Below, one piece after another: positions 9,039 through 19,254 of a DNA stretch of 39,624 bases. The position numbers were made by a program, and so were the translations under genes. The notes under the pieces are model-generated. The model was not told the origin of the DNA. It saw only the letters and a list, made by a program, of their open reading frames with translations, and made no database searches. The DNA is from Gammaproteobacteria bacterium (GTDB lineage: Bacteria > Pseudomonadota > Gammaproteobacteria > UBA1113). The stretch lies in contig VFJV01000020.1 in NCBI GenBank assembly GCA_009885895.1, positions 1 through 39,624 on the forward strand, given 5' to 3'. Numbering within the stretch: position 1 is the stretch's first letter; each line of letters starts with the position of its first letter.

Positions 9039-10649
9039 CTATTGCCCATCTTCATCAGTAGCTTCATTTTTTGGCAAATGAATTTTGATTTTTGCTTTAT
9101 CGCGCAGTCCACGGGTATAAAACGCATAATCGTTTTCTCCTAAAGATGCCGCCCATTGCCGCGCTAATTGTTTTTTGTCTTTGTCTGTTGAAGCACTCTC
9201 TAGGCCTGCATGAATCGCTTTGACTTGTAGCACTAAATAATCGCCATTACTGAGAGCCTTAGAAGAAACCAGCGGTTGATTGGATTTATGCCCAATAGGG
9301 ATATTAAACAAAGCAGCCAAGAGCTCTGGGTTTAATCCCAGAGAGGTGCGCGAAACATCAAAAGCTTCTTGCCAGACCAGAGCCTTTTTTTGCGAAACAG
9401 TTTTAGGATCGAGCCCTTGCTGCAAGTCTTTTAATAGTGCATTTCCTTTTTCTTCGGCCATTTTTTTAATTTCTTCTGCGGTTAACACGGCTTTAATTTG
9501 ATTTTCCACCTCTTGCAATGGTTTTGCCGCGCTCGCCTCGTGCGCTTTCAAGCGTAATACCATCACACTGCCGTCGTTTAAAGTAATCAAGGGGCTATTA
9601 TAACCTTGCTGCACTACATCGGCTCTAAAAGCCGAATCTATTACGGCAGAAGGAAAAGGCGCATTAGCCCCGGTATCTTGCCGAGTTAACCAAGTACTTA
9701 CTTGCGTTGGAATGTGTAGTTTCTGTGATACCGATTGCAAATTGGTGGGGTCTTCATAAGAAAGGCTATCAAGTTGATCGCTTAAGCTGGCCATCAGTTT
9801 ATCAGCATTTTGATTTTCTAGACGCTCTTGAATGCTGTTTTTGACGAGCGCTAAGGGCTTAGTTTGCAGGTCCGAATGCTCTTGATAATAGGTTTTAATA
9901 TCGGCATCGCTCACTGCCACGCGTTGTTTTAGATCTTCAAATTTAATGAGCAAGTACTCTACTTTAACTTTCTCAGGGTTCATAAAATCTTGTTGGTGAC
10001 TATCATAATATTTTTTAATCGCTGCAGGCTGAATGACGACCGTATTCATAAATGATTTTGAGGATATTATGGCATACCCTATGTCGCGCGTTTGGTATAA
10101 GGTGCTTATGAGATGATTGAGTTCATTAGGCAATGAAAAATCGCTGTTAGAAAGGCCATAACGCAGCTGATCCATTAATAATGCCCCATGCAAATTTTTT
10201 TGAAATTCTTCAGGCGTATAGCCCATAGCGCTTATTCTTTGCTGGAACAAGGCGGGTGAAAATTGACCGTTTTGCTGGAACATCTCTAAATTAACCAAGG
10301 TTTGCTGTAACATTTGCGGTGAAACCATAAAGCCCACATTCTTAGCCGCGGTGGTTAATAGCGTTGTTTCTATCCATTGGTCTATGGCTATTTGTTGCAT
10401 TTTTTCTTGTATAGACTCTGACATAGGGGTATCGGGGCGCGTTAATTGGGCTAAACGTTGATTGCGGCGCAAGATATGGTCAAAATCATTCTGCATTAAT
10501 TTTGCGCTATTTAGTTGAATGACAACGGTAGACTGTTTACTATCCTCAAGATAATAATGGATCCCCCAAATAGCGAAAGTCAATGCCACAATACCAACAA
10601 TAATCGTTGCTATAATGCCCTGGGTTTTATCGCGAATGCTTTGTAACAT
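9039..10649 (-). CDS. ppiD: Periplasmic chaperone / peptidyl-prolyl isomerase PpiD-like
   Basis: The N-terminal anchor MLQSIRDKTQGIIATIIVGIVALTFAIWGI is typical of PpiD. The rest is a long SurA-like periplasmic region. It sits in the usual neighbourhood. Confidence 0.75.
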   Translation of the reverse strand: MLQSIRDKTQGIIATIIVGIVALTFAIWGIHYYLEDSKQSTVVIQLNSAKLMQNDFDHILRRNQRLAQLTRPDTPMSESIQEKMQQIAIDQWIETTLLTTAAKNVGFMVSPQMLQQTLVNLEMFQQNGQFSPALFQQRISAMGYTPEEFQKNLHGALLMDQLRYGLSNSDFSLPNELNHLISTLYQTRDIGYAIISSKSFMNTVVIQPAAIKKYYDSHQQDFMNPEKVKVEYLLIKFEDLKQRVAVSDADIKTYYQEHSDLQTKPLALVKNSIQERLENQNADKLMASLSDQLDSLSYEDPTNLQSVSQKLHIPTQVSTWLTRQDTGANAPFPSAVIDSAFRADVVQQGYNSPLITLNDGSVMVLRLKAHEASAAKPLQEVENQIKAVLTAEEIKKMAEEKGNALLKDLQQGLDPKTVSQKKALVWQEAFDVSRTSLGLNPELLAALFNIPIGHKSNQPLVSSKALSNGDYLVLQVKAIHAGLESASTDKDKKQLARQWAASLGENDYAFYTRGLRDKAKIKIHLPKNEATDEDGQ

Positions 10650-10809
10650 ATCCTTTCTGCCCGCTTAGTTCTCAAATACCAAAGTGTTTCATCATACCTG
10701 ATTATCATCCCAAAATAAAGGCTTGCATAAGCTGGCCAAGAATGCTATCTATATACACTTCGTGCAGATGCATTGCCAATTGATTATTCTTTACACTATG
10801 GAGCCCTTT

Positions 10810-12162
10810 ATGAAATTGTCTCAATTATTGTGTTTAAGCTGCTTAGCCCTGAGCGTAGTACCCATAGGCTTACAAGCGGGTTTACCTCCTAGTATCAATA
10901 ATCAAGCTTTGCCCTCCTTGTCAAAAATTGTACAGCCTATTATGGCCACCGTGGTTAATATTGAGGCAAAAAATACGGCTGCACCTACCCCTAAACCTGA
11001 CGCGCAAAATGAGAATGGCGATGCTCCTAAACGCCAAGAAAAAGGCTATAGCATAGGCTCTGGCGTTATTATTGATGCCCAAAAAGGATATGTGATTACC
11101 AACGCTCACTTAGCAAATAAGAATAATTCTTTTACAGTTACCCTAAGCGATGGTCGGCGATTTAAAGCGCATTTGGTAGGCAAAGATGCGCCTTCAGATA
11201 TAGCAGTACTGCAGATTAAGGCCTCCAATTTAACCCCCATCGTGCTCGCTAACTCCGATAAATTAGAAGTGGGTGACTTTGTGATTGCGATTGGTAATCC
11301 TTACGGCTTAGACCAAACGGTAACATCCGGTATCATCAGTGCTTTGCGCCGCAGCGATCTAGGCATAGAAAATTATGAAGACTTTATTCAAACCGATGCG
11401 TCTATTAACCCCGGTAATTCGGGTGGCGCTTTGGTCAACCTTAAAGGCGAGTTAGTCGGTATTAACACCGCTATTTTAGCACCTAGCGGTGGCAATGTGG
11501 GCATAGGTTTTGCCATTCCATCGAATATGGCAAAAAGCGTAGCGGATCAAATTATTCAATACGGTAAAGTCGATCGTGGTGTTGTAGGTGTTATGATGCA
11601 AACCCTAACCCCGGAATTGGCTACCGCTTTCCATGATAATGCGTCTAAAGGTGCAATTATCACCATGGTGAACCCTTTATCGCCTGCTGATACCGCGGGT
11701 CTAAAACTAGGCGATGTGATTACCGCTGTCAATGGTCAGAAGGTAGAATCAGCGTCGCAGGTTAAAAACAGCATCGGTTTAATGCGTTCTGGTAGTAACG
11801 TTAATTTAAGCATTCTTAGAAATGGCAAATCCATGACAATTAAATTGGTGTCGGCTAATAGCACGGTGTATCAAAATAAAATTGCAACTCAGAATCCTTT
11901 TTTCTTTGGAACGATGTTGCAAAATTACGATACCATTGTCCCTAATTATGGGCATGTTAAAGGCGTACAAATCCTCGATTTAGAGGAAAGCACGCCCGCT
12001 TGGCAGGCAGGTTTGCGCCCTGGGGACGTCATTTTATCGCTAGCAAACAACACGGTTCAAACAACCGATCAGCTAACAAAGTATAGCCAAGGCAATGCTA
12101 AAACCTTATTAGTGAGTGTATTAAGAGAGTCGGGTGCTGGCTTTTTCTTATTAAAAAGATAG
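10810..12162 (+). CDS. htrA: Periplasmic serine endoprotease, DegP/DegQ/HtrA family
   Basis: I prefer the start at ATG 10810 (GGAG 6 nt upstream), which gives the signal peptide MKLSQLLCLSCLALSVVPIGLQA. It has a His/Asp/Ser triad with GNSGGAL and two PDZ-like C-terminal repeats. Confidence 0.9.
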   Translation: MKLSQLLCLSCLALSVVPIGLQAGLPPSINNQALPSLSKIVQPIMATVVNIEAKNTAAPTPKPDAQNENGDAPKRQEKGYSIGSGVIIDAQKGYVITNAHLANKNNSFTVTLSDGRRFKAHLVGKDAPSDIAVLQIKASNLTPIVLANSDKLEVGDFVIAIGNPYGLDQTVTSGIISALRRSDLGIENYEDFIQTDASINPGNSGGALVNLKGELVGINTAILAPSGGNVGIGFAIPSNMAKSVADQIIQYGKVDRGVVGVMMQTLTPELATAFHDNASKGAIITMVNPLSPADTAGLKLGDVITAVNGQKVESASQVKNSIGLMRSGSNVNLSILRNGKSMTIKLVSANSTVYQNKIATQNPFFFGTMLQNYDTIVPNYGHVKGVQILDLEESTPAWQAGLRPGDVILSLANNTVQTTDQLTKYSQGNAKTLLVSVLRESGAGFFLLKR

Positions 12163-12174
12163 GAAATTGCCGCT

Positions 12175-12954
12175 ATGGGATGGGAACTGTACGCTAGCCA
12201 GTATGCAGCGGCCATTATCGCTTTTTACTGCGTTTATTTTTTTGGCTTAAAAGCGCGTGCTTACCGTAGTGGCGCGCGCTTACAGGCGCTCTCGCGCGTG
12301 GAATATCTTTCGCGCGGTATTTTTCTAGGCATAGCACTACTGCACTTTTTCCCCGAAGCCTATACAAATTTAGCCCCCTCTTTAGGGGCTAAGACGCTGT
12401 ACATTTTAATCAGCTTAAGTCTGGCTTCTTTTTTGTTTATGTTGATCTGTGAAAAAGGCATTACGCATCTTATTTACGTTAGAGAAAAAAAATCGCACCA
12501 TTGGTTTGCCTATTGGATCTTAATCGTCTTGTCCTTGCATGCTTTAATTGAGGGCCTGGCTCTAGGTTTAAGTCCCAACTACGAGCATTTTTTAACCTTA
12601 GCGTTCGCCATTTTGCTGCATAAAGGATCTGAAGGTTTTGCCTTAGCCACTGTTTTAGGCCGCTACGATTTTAAAGCCTCATCGCAAAAACATTTATTAA
12701 TACTATTGGCATTGGCCAGCCCTATGGGCATTATTTTAGCCAGTAATCTAGGATTTATCCTACAGCAACATCATTTTGAAGTATTTGAAGGGTATTTTAA
12801 CGGCCTTGCAGCGGGTACCTTTTTATATATTGCTATTTGCCATGCGTCCACTGGCTGCGATCATGCAGGTCATGCTTCGGCCTATAAACGCTGGATGTAT
12901 TATGGTTTGGGTGTGGGGTTAATATTGCTGGTGAGTTTGGTCGAGCAATTTTAA
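12175..12954 (+). CDS. ZIP-family divalent metal transporter
   Basis: About 8 TM helices with paired HxxxEG motifs (LHALIEGLALG, LHKGSEGFALA) and a His-rich segment HAGHAS. Confidence 0.7.
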   Translation: MGWELYASQYAAAIIAFYCVYFFGLKARAYRSGARLQALSRVEYLSRGIFLGIALLHFFPEAYTNLAPSLGAKTLYILISLSLASFLFMLICEKGITHLIYVREKKSHHWFAYWILIVLSLHALIEGLALGLSPNYEHFLTLAFAILLHKGSEGFALATVLGRYDFKASSQKHLLILLALASPMGIILASNLGFILQQHHFEVFEGYFNGLAAGTFLYIAICHASTGCDHAGHASAYKRWMYYGLGVGLILLVSLVEQF

Positions 12955-13637
12955 GAGCGGGCTAGTATCTTCGCTGTAAACGAGGGTCGTAAATAAAATC
13001 CGCGCGGCGAGGTGCGCACGCACTCACCGTTGTTGCCTAGCCCTTCGGTGCGCACCTTAGCATTCATTGCCTTAGGGCGAATTTGTAAATATTCCCCCAG
13101 CCGGGCATTGATCTGATCTAATTGTCCCATTTGCACCAAGCCCATTAATTCTTCCCAATCTGCGCGTAAAACAGCTTCATCTTCTGCACTAGGTGACCAT
13201 AAAATAGGAGAACCTATACGCCAATGCTCAGGATCTAATGCTTTGTCAAAGCAATAGGGGATCCATAAAATGTGACGTAATTTTTGATACAGATCGCAAT
13301 TGCGCCAAGATAAACGATCTCTACTCATCAAAGGCACAATGCTCACATAGGTAGACTCTTTAGGTTGGCCATTGGGATTTAAAGGCAGCGTTTTTAATTC
13401 TATACCCAGCTGCGTGAAATCGGGTTTAGAGAGATTCCCCGCCGTTGCACCCAAAACACGTTCTAATAATTGCCCTATAAACCCTTTTTCGCGCCGAAAA
13501 TCCTTAGGCACAGTCATAGACACCGTGGCAGCTAAATCGCCCAAAGTACATTGGGCAATAAGCAAGGCACGCGCCCATAGCTCGGCTTCCGTTTCTGGGG
13601 GAAATGTTTTCACTGAATTTTTATTTCCCTGGCACAT
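12951..13637 (-). CDS. mutH: DNA mismatch repair endonuclease MutH
   Basis: PPETEAEL...TLGDLAA N-terminus and the GIELKTLPLNPNGQPKESTYV block match my recollection of MutH. Length is 228 aa. Confidence 0.85.
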   Translation of the reverse strand: MCQGNKNSVKTFPPETEAELWARALLIAQCTLGDLAATVSMTVPKDFRREKGFIGQLLERVLGATAGNLSKPDFTQLGIELKTLPLNPNGQPKESTYVSIVPLMSRDRLSWRNCDLYQKLRHILWIPYCFDKALDPEHWRIGSPILWSPSAEDEAVLRADWEELMGLVQMGQLDQINARLGEYLQIRPKAMNAKVRTEGLGNNGECVRTSPRGFYLRPSFTAKILARS

Positions 13638-14280
13638 TGCCCCATAAATACTTATGCAGTTGAAATTGAAAGCGTACGGGCAATCCGTATTCTAAGATCC
13701 AATCCGCCAATACGGTGGGTGACAACACATCGGCTATAGGCGAGAACAACAACTGGCATTTTTCAGCCAACTGATATTGTTTGATAGTCTCTACGCTCCA
13801 TTCAAAATCTGCTTTATCACCAATCACAAATTTAATCTGATCTTGCGCCCCTAAATAATCTATATTTTTATACTGATTTTTATCGCATTCTTTAGAACTG
13901 GGGGTTTTTAGATCCATTACTTTAATCACGCGTTTATCAACCTTCGCTATCGATATGGCACCACTGGTTTCCAAGGATACGGAATAATTTTTATCGCACA
14001 ACTGCTTTAATAGACTATGACACTGATCTTGGGCTAAGGGTTCACCACCCGTTACAGTGACATGGCGTGTGGGGTACAAAGCTACTTTATCCAGTATGGC
14101 ACCTATCGCTACTTTTTCACCGCCACTAAAAGCGTAGGCCGTGTCGCAGTAGTAACAACGCAAGGGGCATCCCGTTAAGCGTATAAAGGTGGTGGGAATG
14201 CCTACGCTAGCGCTTTCCCCTTGCAAAGAATAAAAAATTTCAGTAATACGCAAAAGCCGTTCGGTTTCTTCAAAAGGCAA
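13621..14280 (-). CDS. queE: 7-carboxy-7-deazaguanine synthase (radical SAM)
   Basis: EIFYSLQGES plus the CPLRCYYCDT radical-SAM cluster motif. TTG start with AAGGAG 9 nt upstream. It occupies the position downstream of the tol-pal-cpoB genes, where I recall it in other Gammaproteobacteria. Confidence 0.9.
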   Translation of the reverse strand: MPFEETERLLRITEIFYSLQGESASVGIPTTFIRLTGCPLRCYYCDTAYAFSGGEKVAIGAILDKVALYPTRHVTVTGGEPLAQDQCHSLLKQLCDKNYSVSLETSGAISIAKVDKRVIKVMDLKTPSSKECDKNQYKNIDYLGAQDQIKFVIGDKADFEWSVETIKQYQLAEKCQLLFSPIADVLSPTVLADWILEYGLPVRFQFQLHKYLWGNVPGK

Positions 14281-14284
14281 GCTA

Positions 14285-15154
14285 CTAAACTCCTTGTTGA
14301 GTCATGTCTTTTAGGCGTTGTGTCGCTAATGTGGCTGCCGATGTATTGGGGTATTGTTGAATTAAAGACTGCAACGTTTCCCGCGCTAAGGCCCATTTCC
14401 CTTGTTGGTAGTAGATATAACCTAATTTTAGTTGGGCATCAGAAACCTTAGGTGTACCCGGAAATTGTGTGACCACCGCTTGAAAATGCGTTTGTGCGCT
14501 GTTTAAATCGCCACTCACCAAACCTATTTCACCCAACCAATAATGGGCGTTAGCGGCATAATACCCTTTTGGATATTGGTTTAAGTAGTCTGTCATACCT
14601 ATACTGGCATCGCTGTATTGCTGTTTGGTAATTAATTGATAAGCGCCATCATAAATTGCTTTTTGCTGATCGTCGTTGCTACTGGTTGTAGCGGTATTCG
14701 CTACGGCAGGAACAATGGGTTTGCTAGACGTTGAAGCGGTTGGTTTAACACTAAGACCTTCGTTTTTTGCAGCAGTAGGCACTGTATTCACCGTTACCGT
14801 GGTTAGTGCCGTTGCTGCACTGTTGATGGCAGCAGTAGAGGGCGACTTATTGTCTAATTGTAAATAAATATTTCTTTGTGCTTGTGTGAGTTGATCGATC
14901 TGATGCGCTTGCACTTCCAACTGCCCTTGCAAGCCACGAACTTGCTGTTGCAATTGCGTTATGGTGTTAACAAGATCCGATGGGTCGTTATTACTGCTTT
15001 GAACCTGCATCGTGACAGCTTGCGGTTCATTACTATTTTGTACCAAAGGATAAGAAGGCATATTTTGAGGTTGACCTTGGACTACAGGTGCGGCGTAAAT
15101 AGCACTGACCAGGCTAAAGCCTAAAGCGATAGACGATAATGTATAGCGTTTCAT
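14285..15154 (-). CDS. cpoB: Cell division coordinator CpoB (YbgF), TPR protein of the Tol-Pal system
   Basis: I prefer the ATG at 15154, which gives the signal peptide MKRYTLSSIALGFSLVSAIYA. It has a coiled-coil Q-rich segment and C-terminal TPR repeats, and lies directly after pal. Confidence 0.85.
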   Translation of the reverse strand: MKRYTLSSIALGFSLVSAIYAAPVVQGQPQNMPSYPLVQNSNEPQAVTMQVQSSNNDPSDLVNTITQLQQQVRGLQGQLEVQAHQIDQLTQAQRNIYLQLDNKSPSTAAINSAATALTTVTVNTVPTAAKNEGLSVKPTASTSSKPIVPAVANTATTSSNDDQQKAIYDGAYQLITKQQYSDASIGMTDYLNQYPKGYYAANAHYWLGEIGLVSGDLNSAQTHFQAVVTQFPGTPKVSDAQLKLGYIYYQQGKWALARETLQSLIQQYPNTSAATLATQRLKDMTQQGV

Positions 15155-15220
15155 ATTTCTCACCCACTGACAGCCCAAAATAAGGGCAATTCAGGAACTG
15201 CCCTTATAAGAATCTTAACT

Positions 15221-15745
15221 TTAACCTATTGCATCGTAAGTAATGTCGTCACGTCTATCTTGTGAATACGCATAATCGTCATTACCCGAGACAGCTGGCT
15301 TTTCCGAACCATAGCTTACTGTACGCATTTGGTTGGCATTAACGCCCATCATGACCAAACGTTGACGCACAACAACCGCACGGCGTTGCCCTAAACCGAT
15401 ATTGTATTCACGGCTGCCTCTAGGATCGGCATTGCCCGCAATTAAAATACGTGCATTAGGATGTTTTTTTAGATAGTTGGCGTTAGCTTGCAGTATAGAC
15501 ACATACTCTGCTTTAATGGCATCGCTATCGAAATCAAAATAGACGCTGTTCTTCTCTATCCCTAGGAGTTTAGCCATACGTGCATCTTGGCTATCGTCAA
15601 AATCTGGATTAGTGCCTACACCATCCGCCACGGGTTGATCGCCACCAATAACGCGCGATGTATCATTCGTATCTGGCTTGGATGAACATGCGGCCAATGC
15701 CAGAGCAATCGTTGCCAATACTACCCATTTTAAACTTGTTCTCAT
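15221..15745 (-). CDS. pal: Peptidoglycan-associated lipoprotein Pal
   Basis: Lipobox LALAACSS and a C-terminal OmpA-like domain (VYFDFDSDAI...GNADPRGSREYNIGLGQRRA). Confidence 0.92.
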   Translation of the reverse strand: MRTSLKWVVLATIALALAACSSKPDTNDTSRVIGGDQPVADGVGTNPDFDDSQDARMAKLLGIEKNSVYFDFDSDAIKAEYVSILQANANYLKKHPNARILIAGNADPRGSREYNIGLGQRRAVVVRQRLVMMGVNANQMRTVSYGSEKPAVSGNDDYAYSQDRRDDITYDAIG

Positions 15746-15766
15746 TGTGAAATACTCCCCATTTAT

Positions 15767-17080
15767 TTAACCTTTGTAGGGCGACCAAGCCGGTGCTTGA
15801 GCATCCCCAGAAACTTCAGGCAAACGGATATTCATTTGCCCATTACTTGAAACCATACCCAACATACGCCGCCCGCCGAAGGTCGTAGAATACACTATTA
15901 TCCGACCATTAGGTGCAGGGCTGGGCGACTCTATAAAGCTTCCTTGCGTTAAGATCTGCATCGTGCCTGATTGTAAATCATAAATGGCTACATTAAAACC
16001 CTTATTATCTCTATGCAGCAAAGAAATTTTTGAAGCATTGCCCGGTAAATAGTTTGCGCTGGCATTATAGCTACCTAAATAAGTGATGCGCTGGATTTGA
16101 CCCGATAAATCAACGCTGTAAATTTGAGGAGCCCCACCGCGATCGGAAGTAAAGAGTATGGATTGACCATCGGGTGCCCAACTGGGTTCTGTATTGATGG
16201 CAGCATCATTGGTTAGCCGTTTTAATTGGCCATTGGCTAAATCAATAGTGTAGATATTAGGGTTAACATTGCCCATTGATAAGGCTGCAGCTAAAAAGCG
16301 GCCATCGGGAGAAAATGAGGGGGCGCCATTGATGCCAGAAAAACTGGAAATTAAACGGCGTTTTCCTGTCGCCACATTCGAGGTAAATATTTGTGGTAGT
16401 TTAGTTTCAAAAGAGACATAGGCAATAAAACGACCGTCGGCAGACCAATCGGGCGACATGATGGGCTGTGTAGAGCTTAACAGCGGTTTAGCATTATGAC
16501 CATCTACATCGGATACCATTAGGGAATAGCGCTTATGGCGGCTATTATTCGGCATGGATTCAACTTTAACATAGGCTAAACGTGTGGAAAAAACACCTTT
16601 TTCACCTGTTAATTTTTGATAAATAACATCGCTAATATGATGTGCCAAAGCGCGCATTTCAGTATTGGCGACTGTATAAGATTGTTGGGTTAAAATGGTC
16701 GGCGTACTTTCTGTGCCATGGAAAAGATCCAGTAAGGTCATATCGACCTTAGTTTGCCCATTGGCTACGGAGGTAGCATTGCCTATTACCAGGTTGTCTA
16801 ATCCTAAGGTTTTCCATAACTCGCTACTGACCGCATCGGCAGCGTGCGGCTTTTGTGGCAAATGGTTTGGCGGCATCACTTGAAATTGTCCGGAGTGACT
16901 CAAATCGTTTCCAATTATGCGTGCAATATCATTGGGATTATTTTCATCGAAGGGAACGATGGCAATAGGGATACTGCGCACCACGCCACGCGTAATGTCT
17001 ATGTCTAAAGCAGCCACTGCGCGGTTTGCAAAGGATAAGATGAACCCAGCAATTAAAATCCATAGACTGTATTTTTTCAT
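15767..17080 (-). CDS. tolB: Tol-Pal system beta-propeller protein TolB
   Basis: I prefer the ATG at 17080, which gives the signal peptide MKKYSLWILIAGFILSFANRAVA. Repeated SPDG/APDG propeller blades are visible. Confidence 0.95.
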   Translation of the reverse strand: MKKYSLWILIAGFILSFANRAVAALDIDITRGVVRSIPIAIVPFDENNPNDIARIIGNDLSHSGQFQVMPPNHLPQKPHAADAVSSELWKTLGLDNLVIGNATSVANGQTKVDMTLLDLFHGTESTPTILTQQSYTVANTEMRALAHHISDVIYQKLTGEKGVFSTRLAYVKVESMPNNSRHKRYSLMVSDVDGHNAKPLLSSTQPIMSPDWSADGRFIAYVSFETKLPQIFTSNVATGKRRLISSFSGINGAPSFSPDGRFLAAALSMGNVNPNIYTIDLANGQLKRLTNDAAINTEPSWAPDGQSILFTSDRGGAPQIYSVDLSGQIQRITYLGSYNASANYLPGNASKISLLHRDNKGFNVAIYDLQSGTMQILTQGSFIESPSPAPNGRIIVYSTTFGGRRMLGMVSSNGQMNIRLPEVSGDAQAPAWSPYKG

Positions 17081-17093
17081 TGTTAATCTCTTT

Positions 17094-17948
17094 TTAAGTA
17101 TCACTAAATTTTACTTTCAATTCTCTAAAATTGGCGAATAAAGTCGGATCGCTGGGTACAGGCAAGGGGGAGGCTTTATAGACTGCAGATAAAGCCAAAC
17201 GATCCAAGGCTGGATTACCGCTACTGCCCACGTTTTGTACTTGCAATACGGTACCATCTGCAGCCAAACGAATGAGCATAGTCGTGGCTAATTTTTGTTG
17301 TGACGCACCGGGTAACTGTGTCCATTGCGTTTGTATGGCTTGGGTTATCAAACCCACATACCGGTTGATTTCATTTTGCATTTGTACCGTATTAGCGGCC
17401 GCAGCCGTCGCTTTTTGTGCGGCGAGTGCTTGCTGTTGTTGTGCTTGTCGCTTGGCATCGGCGGCCTTTTGCGCCGCGAGTGCTTGCTGTTGCATATCAG
17501 CCGCTTTCTTAGCCGCCGCTGCCGCTTGTGCTTGGGTTTCAGCCAGTTGCAAGGAAGCTTGTTTTTGTTGTGCTTGCACTTGTGCTAACGCATCGGCGGC
17601 CTTTTTAGCATTGGCTTGTTGCTGTAGTGCTAAGGCCGACTGCTCTTGTTTGGCTTGTTGAATTTGCGCTAAGGCTTGTGCTTTAGCGGCGGCCAACTGC
17701 TTGGCTTCATTCGCCGCTTTGGTTTTAATCGCCGCATCGGCCGCTTCTTGTGCGCGTATTTCTTGGCTTAAATCATTTTCAGAAATGGCCACTGCATTGA
17801 CTATTTCTGTGTTGTCTTGTCTATCTTGTTCTGCTGTGGTAGGCGTAATGCTGATAAGGCTATCACTTAAAGACACCAAAAAAACAACGGCTAAGAGTAC
17901 ATGAAAGAAAAAGGAATATCCAAAGCTGTAACGAAGCCGTACTTGCAT
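17094..17948 (-). CDS. tolA: Tol-Pal system protein TolA
   Basis: N-terminal TM anchor, a long Ala/Gln/Lys-rich helical domain and a small C-terminal globular domain, located between tolR and tolB. Confidence 0.85.
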   Translation of the reverse strand: MQVRLRYSFGYSFFFHVLLAVVFLVSLSDSLISITPTTAEQDRQDNTEIVNAVAISENDLSQEIRAQEAADAAIKTKAANEAKQLAAAKAQALAQIQQAKQEQSALALQQQANAKKAADALAQVQAQQKQASLQLAETQAQAAAAAKKAADMQQQALAAQKAADAKRQAQQQQALAAQKATAAAANTVQMQNEINRYVGLITQAIQTQWTQLPGASQQKLATTMLIRLAADGTVLQVQNVGSSGNPALDRLALSAVYKASPLPVPSDPTLFANFRELKVKFSDT

Positions 17949-18412
17949 TATGCCGTTCCCCCATTCGGTGGACTTTGCGTAATCAAACCCACCTGTGCTA
18001 CGCCTGCGCGCTGCAATAAAACCATCGCCCCTACCACTTGACCATAGCTGGCATGAGTATCCCCTTTCACCATGACCACCGATTTTTCGCCTTGGCTTTT
18101 TTCGATTTGCAAGCGCGCCGCCACTTTGACCACGAGATCGTGTGCGCTTAAAGATTGTTGTGGATTAGCGTTGGTGTTTAAATAGTACAGACCTTGTTCA
18201 TCGACTGAAATGATTAAAGGTTTGTTGCTATGATCGGCTAAAGCCTCGGCTTTTGCTTGGGGTAATTGTACTTTAACCCCTGGAGTTAGCAAGGGTGTTG
18301 CAATCATAAAAATAACCAATAGCACCAACATCACATCAATGTAAGGAACCACATTCATTTCAGCAATAGCGCGTCTAGGATTACGCTTTCGAGTATATTT
18401 AGAGTGATACAT
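17948..18412 (-). CDS. tolR: Tol-Pal system protein TolR (ExbD family)
   Basis: EMNVVPYIDVMLVLLVIFM ExbD/TolR signature. TAATG overlap with the tolA start. Confidence 0.9.
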   Translation of the reverse strand: MYHSKYTRKRNPRRAIAEMNVVPYIDVMLVLLVIFMIATPLLTPGVKVQLPQAKAEALADHSNKPLIISVDEQGLYYLNTNANPQQSLSAHDLVVKVAARLQIEKSQGEKSVVMVKGDTHASYGQVVGAMVLLQRAGVAQVGLITQSPPNGGTA

Positions 18413-18420
18413 GTAGCCTC

Positions 18421-19140
18421 CTATTCCCCTTGCCCTTTTTGTACAGGCTTATACAAACGACGTTGCAAAATACCCGTTAATTCGTGACGAAAAGCCGTGT
18501 ATTGATTGCTAAGACGCTCTGCGCTACGCGAATAACGATTGTAGGCAATAACGGCGGGAATGGCGGAAAATAATCCCATTGCCGTCGCGATTAACGCTTC
18601 CGAAATACCGGGTGCAACCATGGCAATAGTGGCTTGTTCGCTTTGTCCTAAAGCTTGGAATGAGATCATGATACCCCACACGGTGCCAAATAAACCCACA
18701 TAAGGGCTGGTTGAACCAATGGTCGCTAAAATCGATAAATATTGCTCAATCTCATCAATTTCGCGATTTTCCGCAATGGCCATTGCACGTTCGGCATTTT
18801 CTAGCGTGATATCGTGCGGCAACGCTTCTTTTTTAGCGTGGGTAAAAGATTCAAAACCAGCTTGAAATATAGCTGAAAGCCCTAGATTCGATACTTTTTT
18901 TTGCGTTACACGCGCGTACAATTGTGTTAAATCTAAGCCAGACCAAAATGTTTCTTCGAACTGCTTTGCTAATTTGCTTAAACGGCGATAAACGGAACTT
19001 CTTTGAAAAATAATGGTCCAAGAAACTAAGGAAGCAAGCAATAGTACTAACATAACGCCTTTGACTATAGTGCTTGCATCTGTAAAAAAATGTAATACGG
19101 ATTGATCTACAACCATCGCTTTCGCCCCCGACATGCTCAA
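18421..19140 (-). CDS. tolQ: Tol-Pal system protein TolQ (MotA/ExbB family)
   Basis: Three TM helices with the LATIGSTSPYVGLFGTVWGIM motif. Confidence 0.92.
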   Translation of the reverse strand: MSMSGAKAMVVDQSVLHFFTDASTIVKGVMLVLLLASLVSWTIIFQRSSVYRRLSKLAKQFEETFWSGLDLTQLYARVTQKKVSNLGLSAIFQAGFESFTHAKKEALPHDITLENAERAMAIAENREIDEIEQYLSILATIGSTSPYVGLFGTVWGIMISFQALGQSEQATIAMVAPGISEALIATAMGLFSAIPAVIAYNRYSRSAERLSNQYTAFRHELTGILQRRLYKPVQKGQGE

Positions 19141-19254
19141 AAATTAGGCTTATCATACCCTACTTTAGGGGGGAGGCGCAAGCATTGAGTGAAGGAGATT
19201 GCAATGGCTATGCTTTTCTTGTACAGTAAGCACCCATACTTTGAGTGAGCGTTT

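Noticed and set aside
17272-17661. Cys-rich ORFs of 129 aa and 87 aa on the + strand (also 17701-17904).
   Set aside because: They are antisense to the Ala/Gln/Lys-rich tolA helical domain. GCN/CAG/AAG codons read in reverse give Cys/Ala/Leu-rich frames without stops, so these are compositional artefacts.
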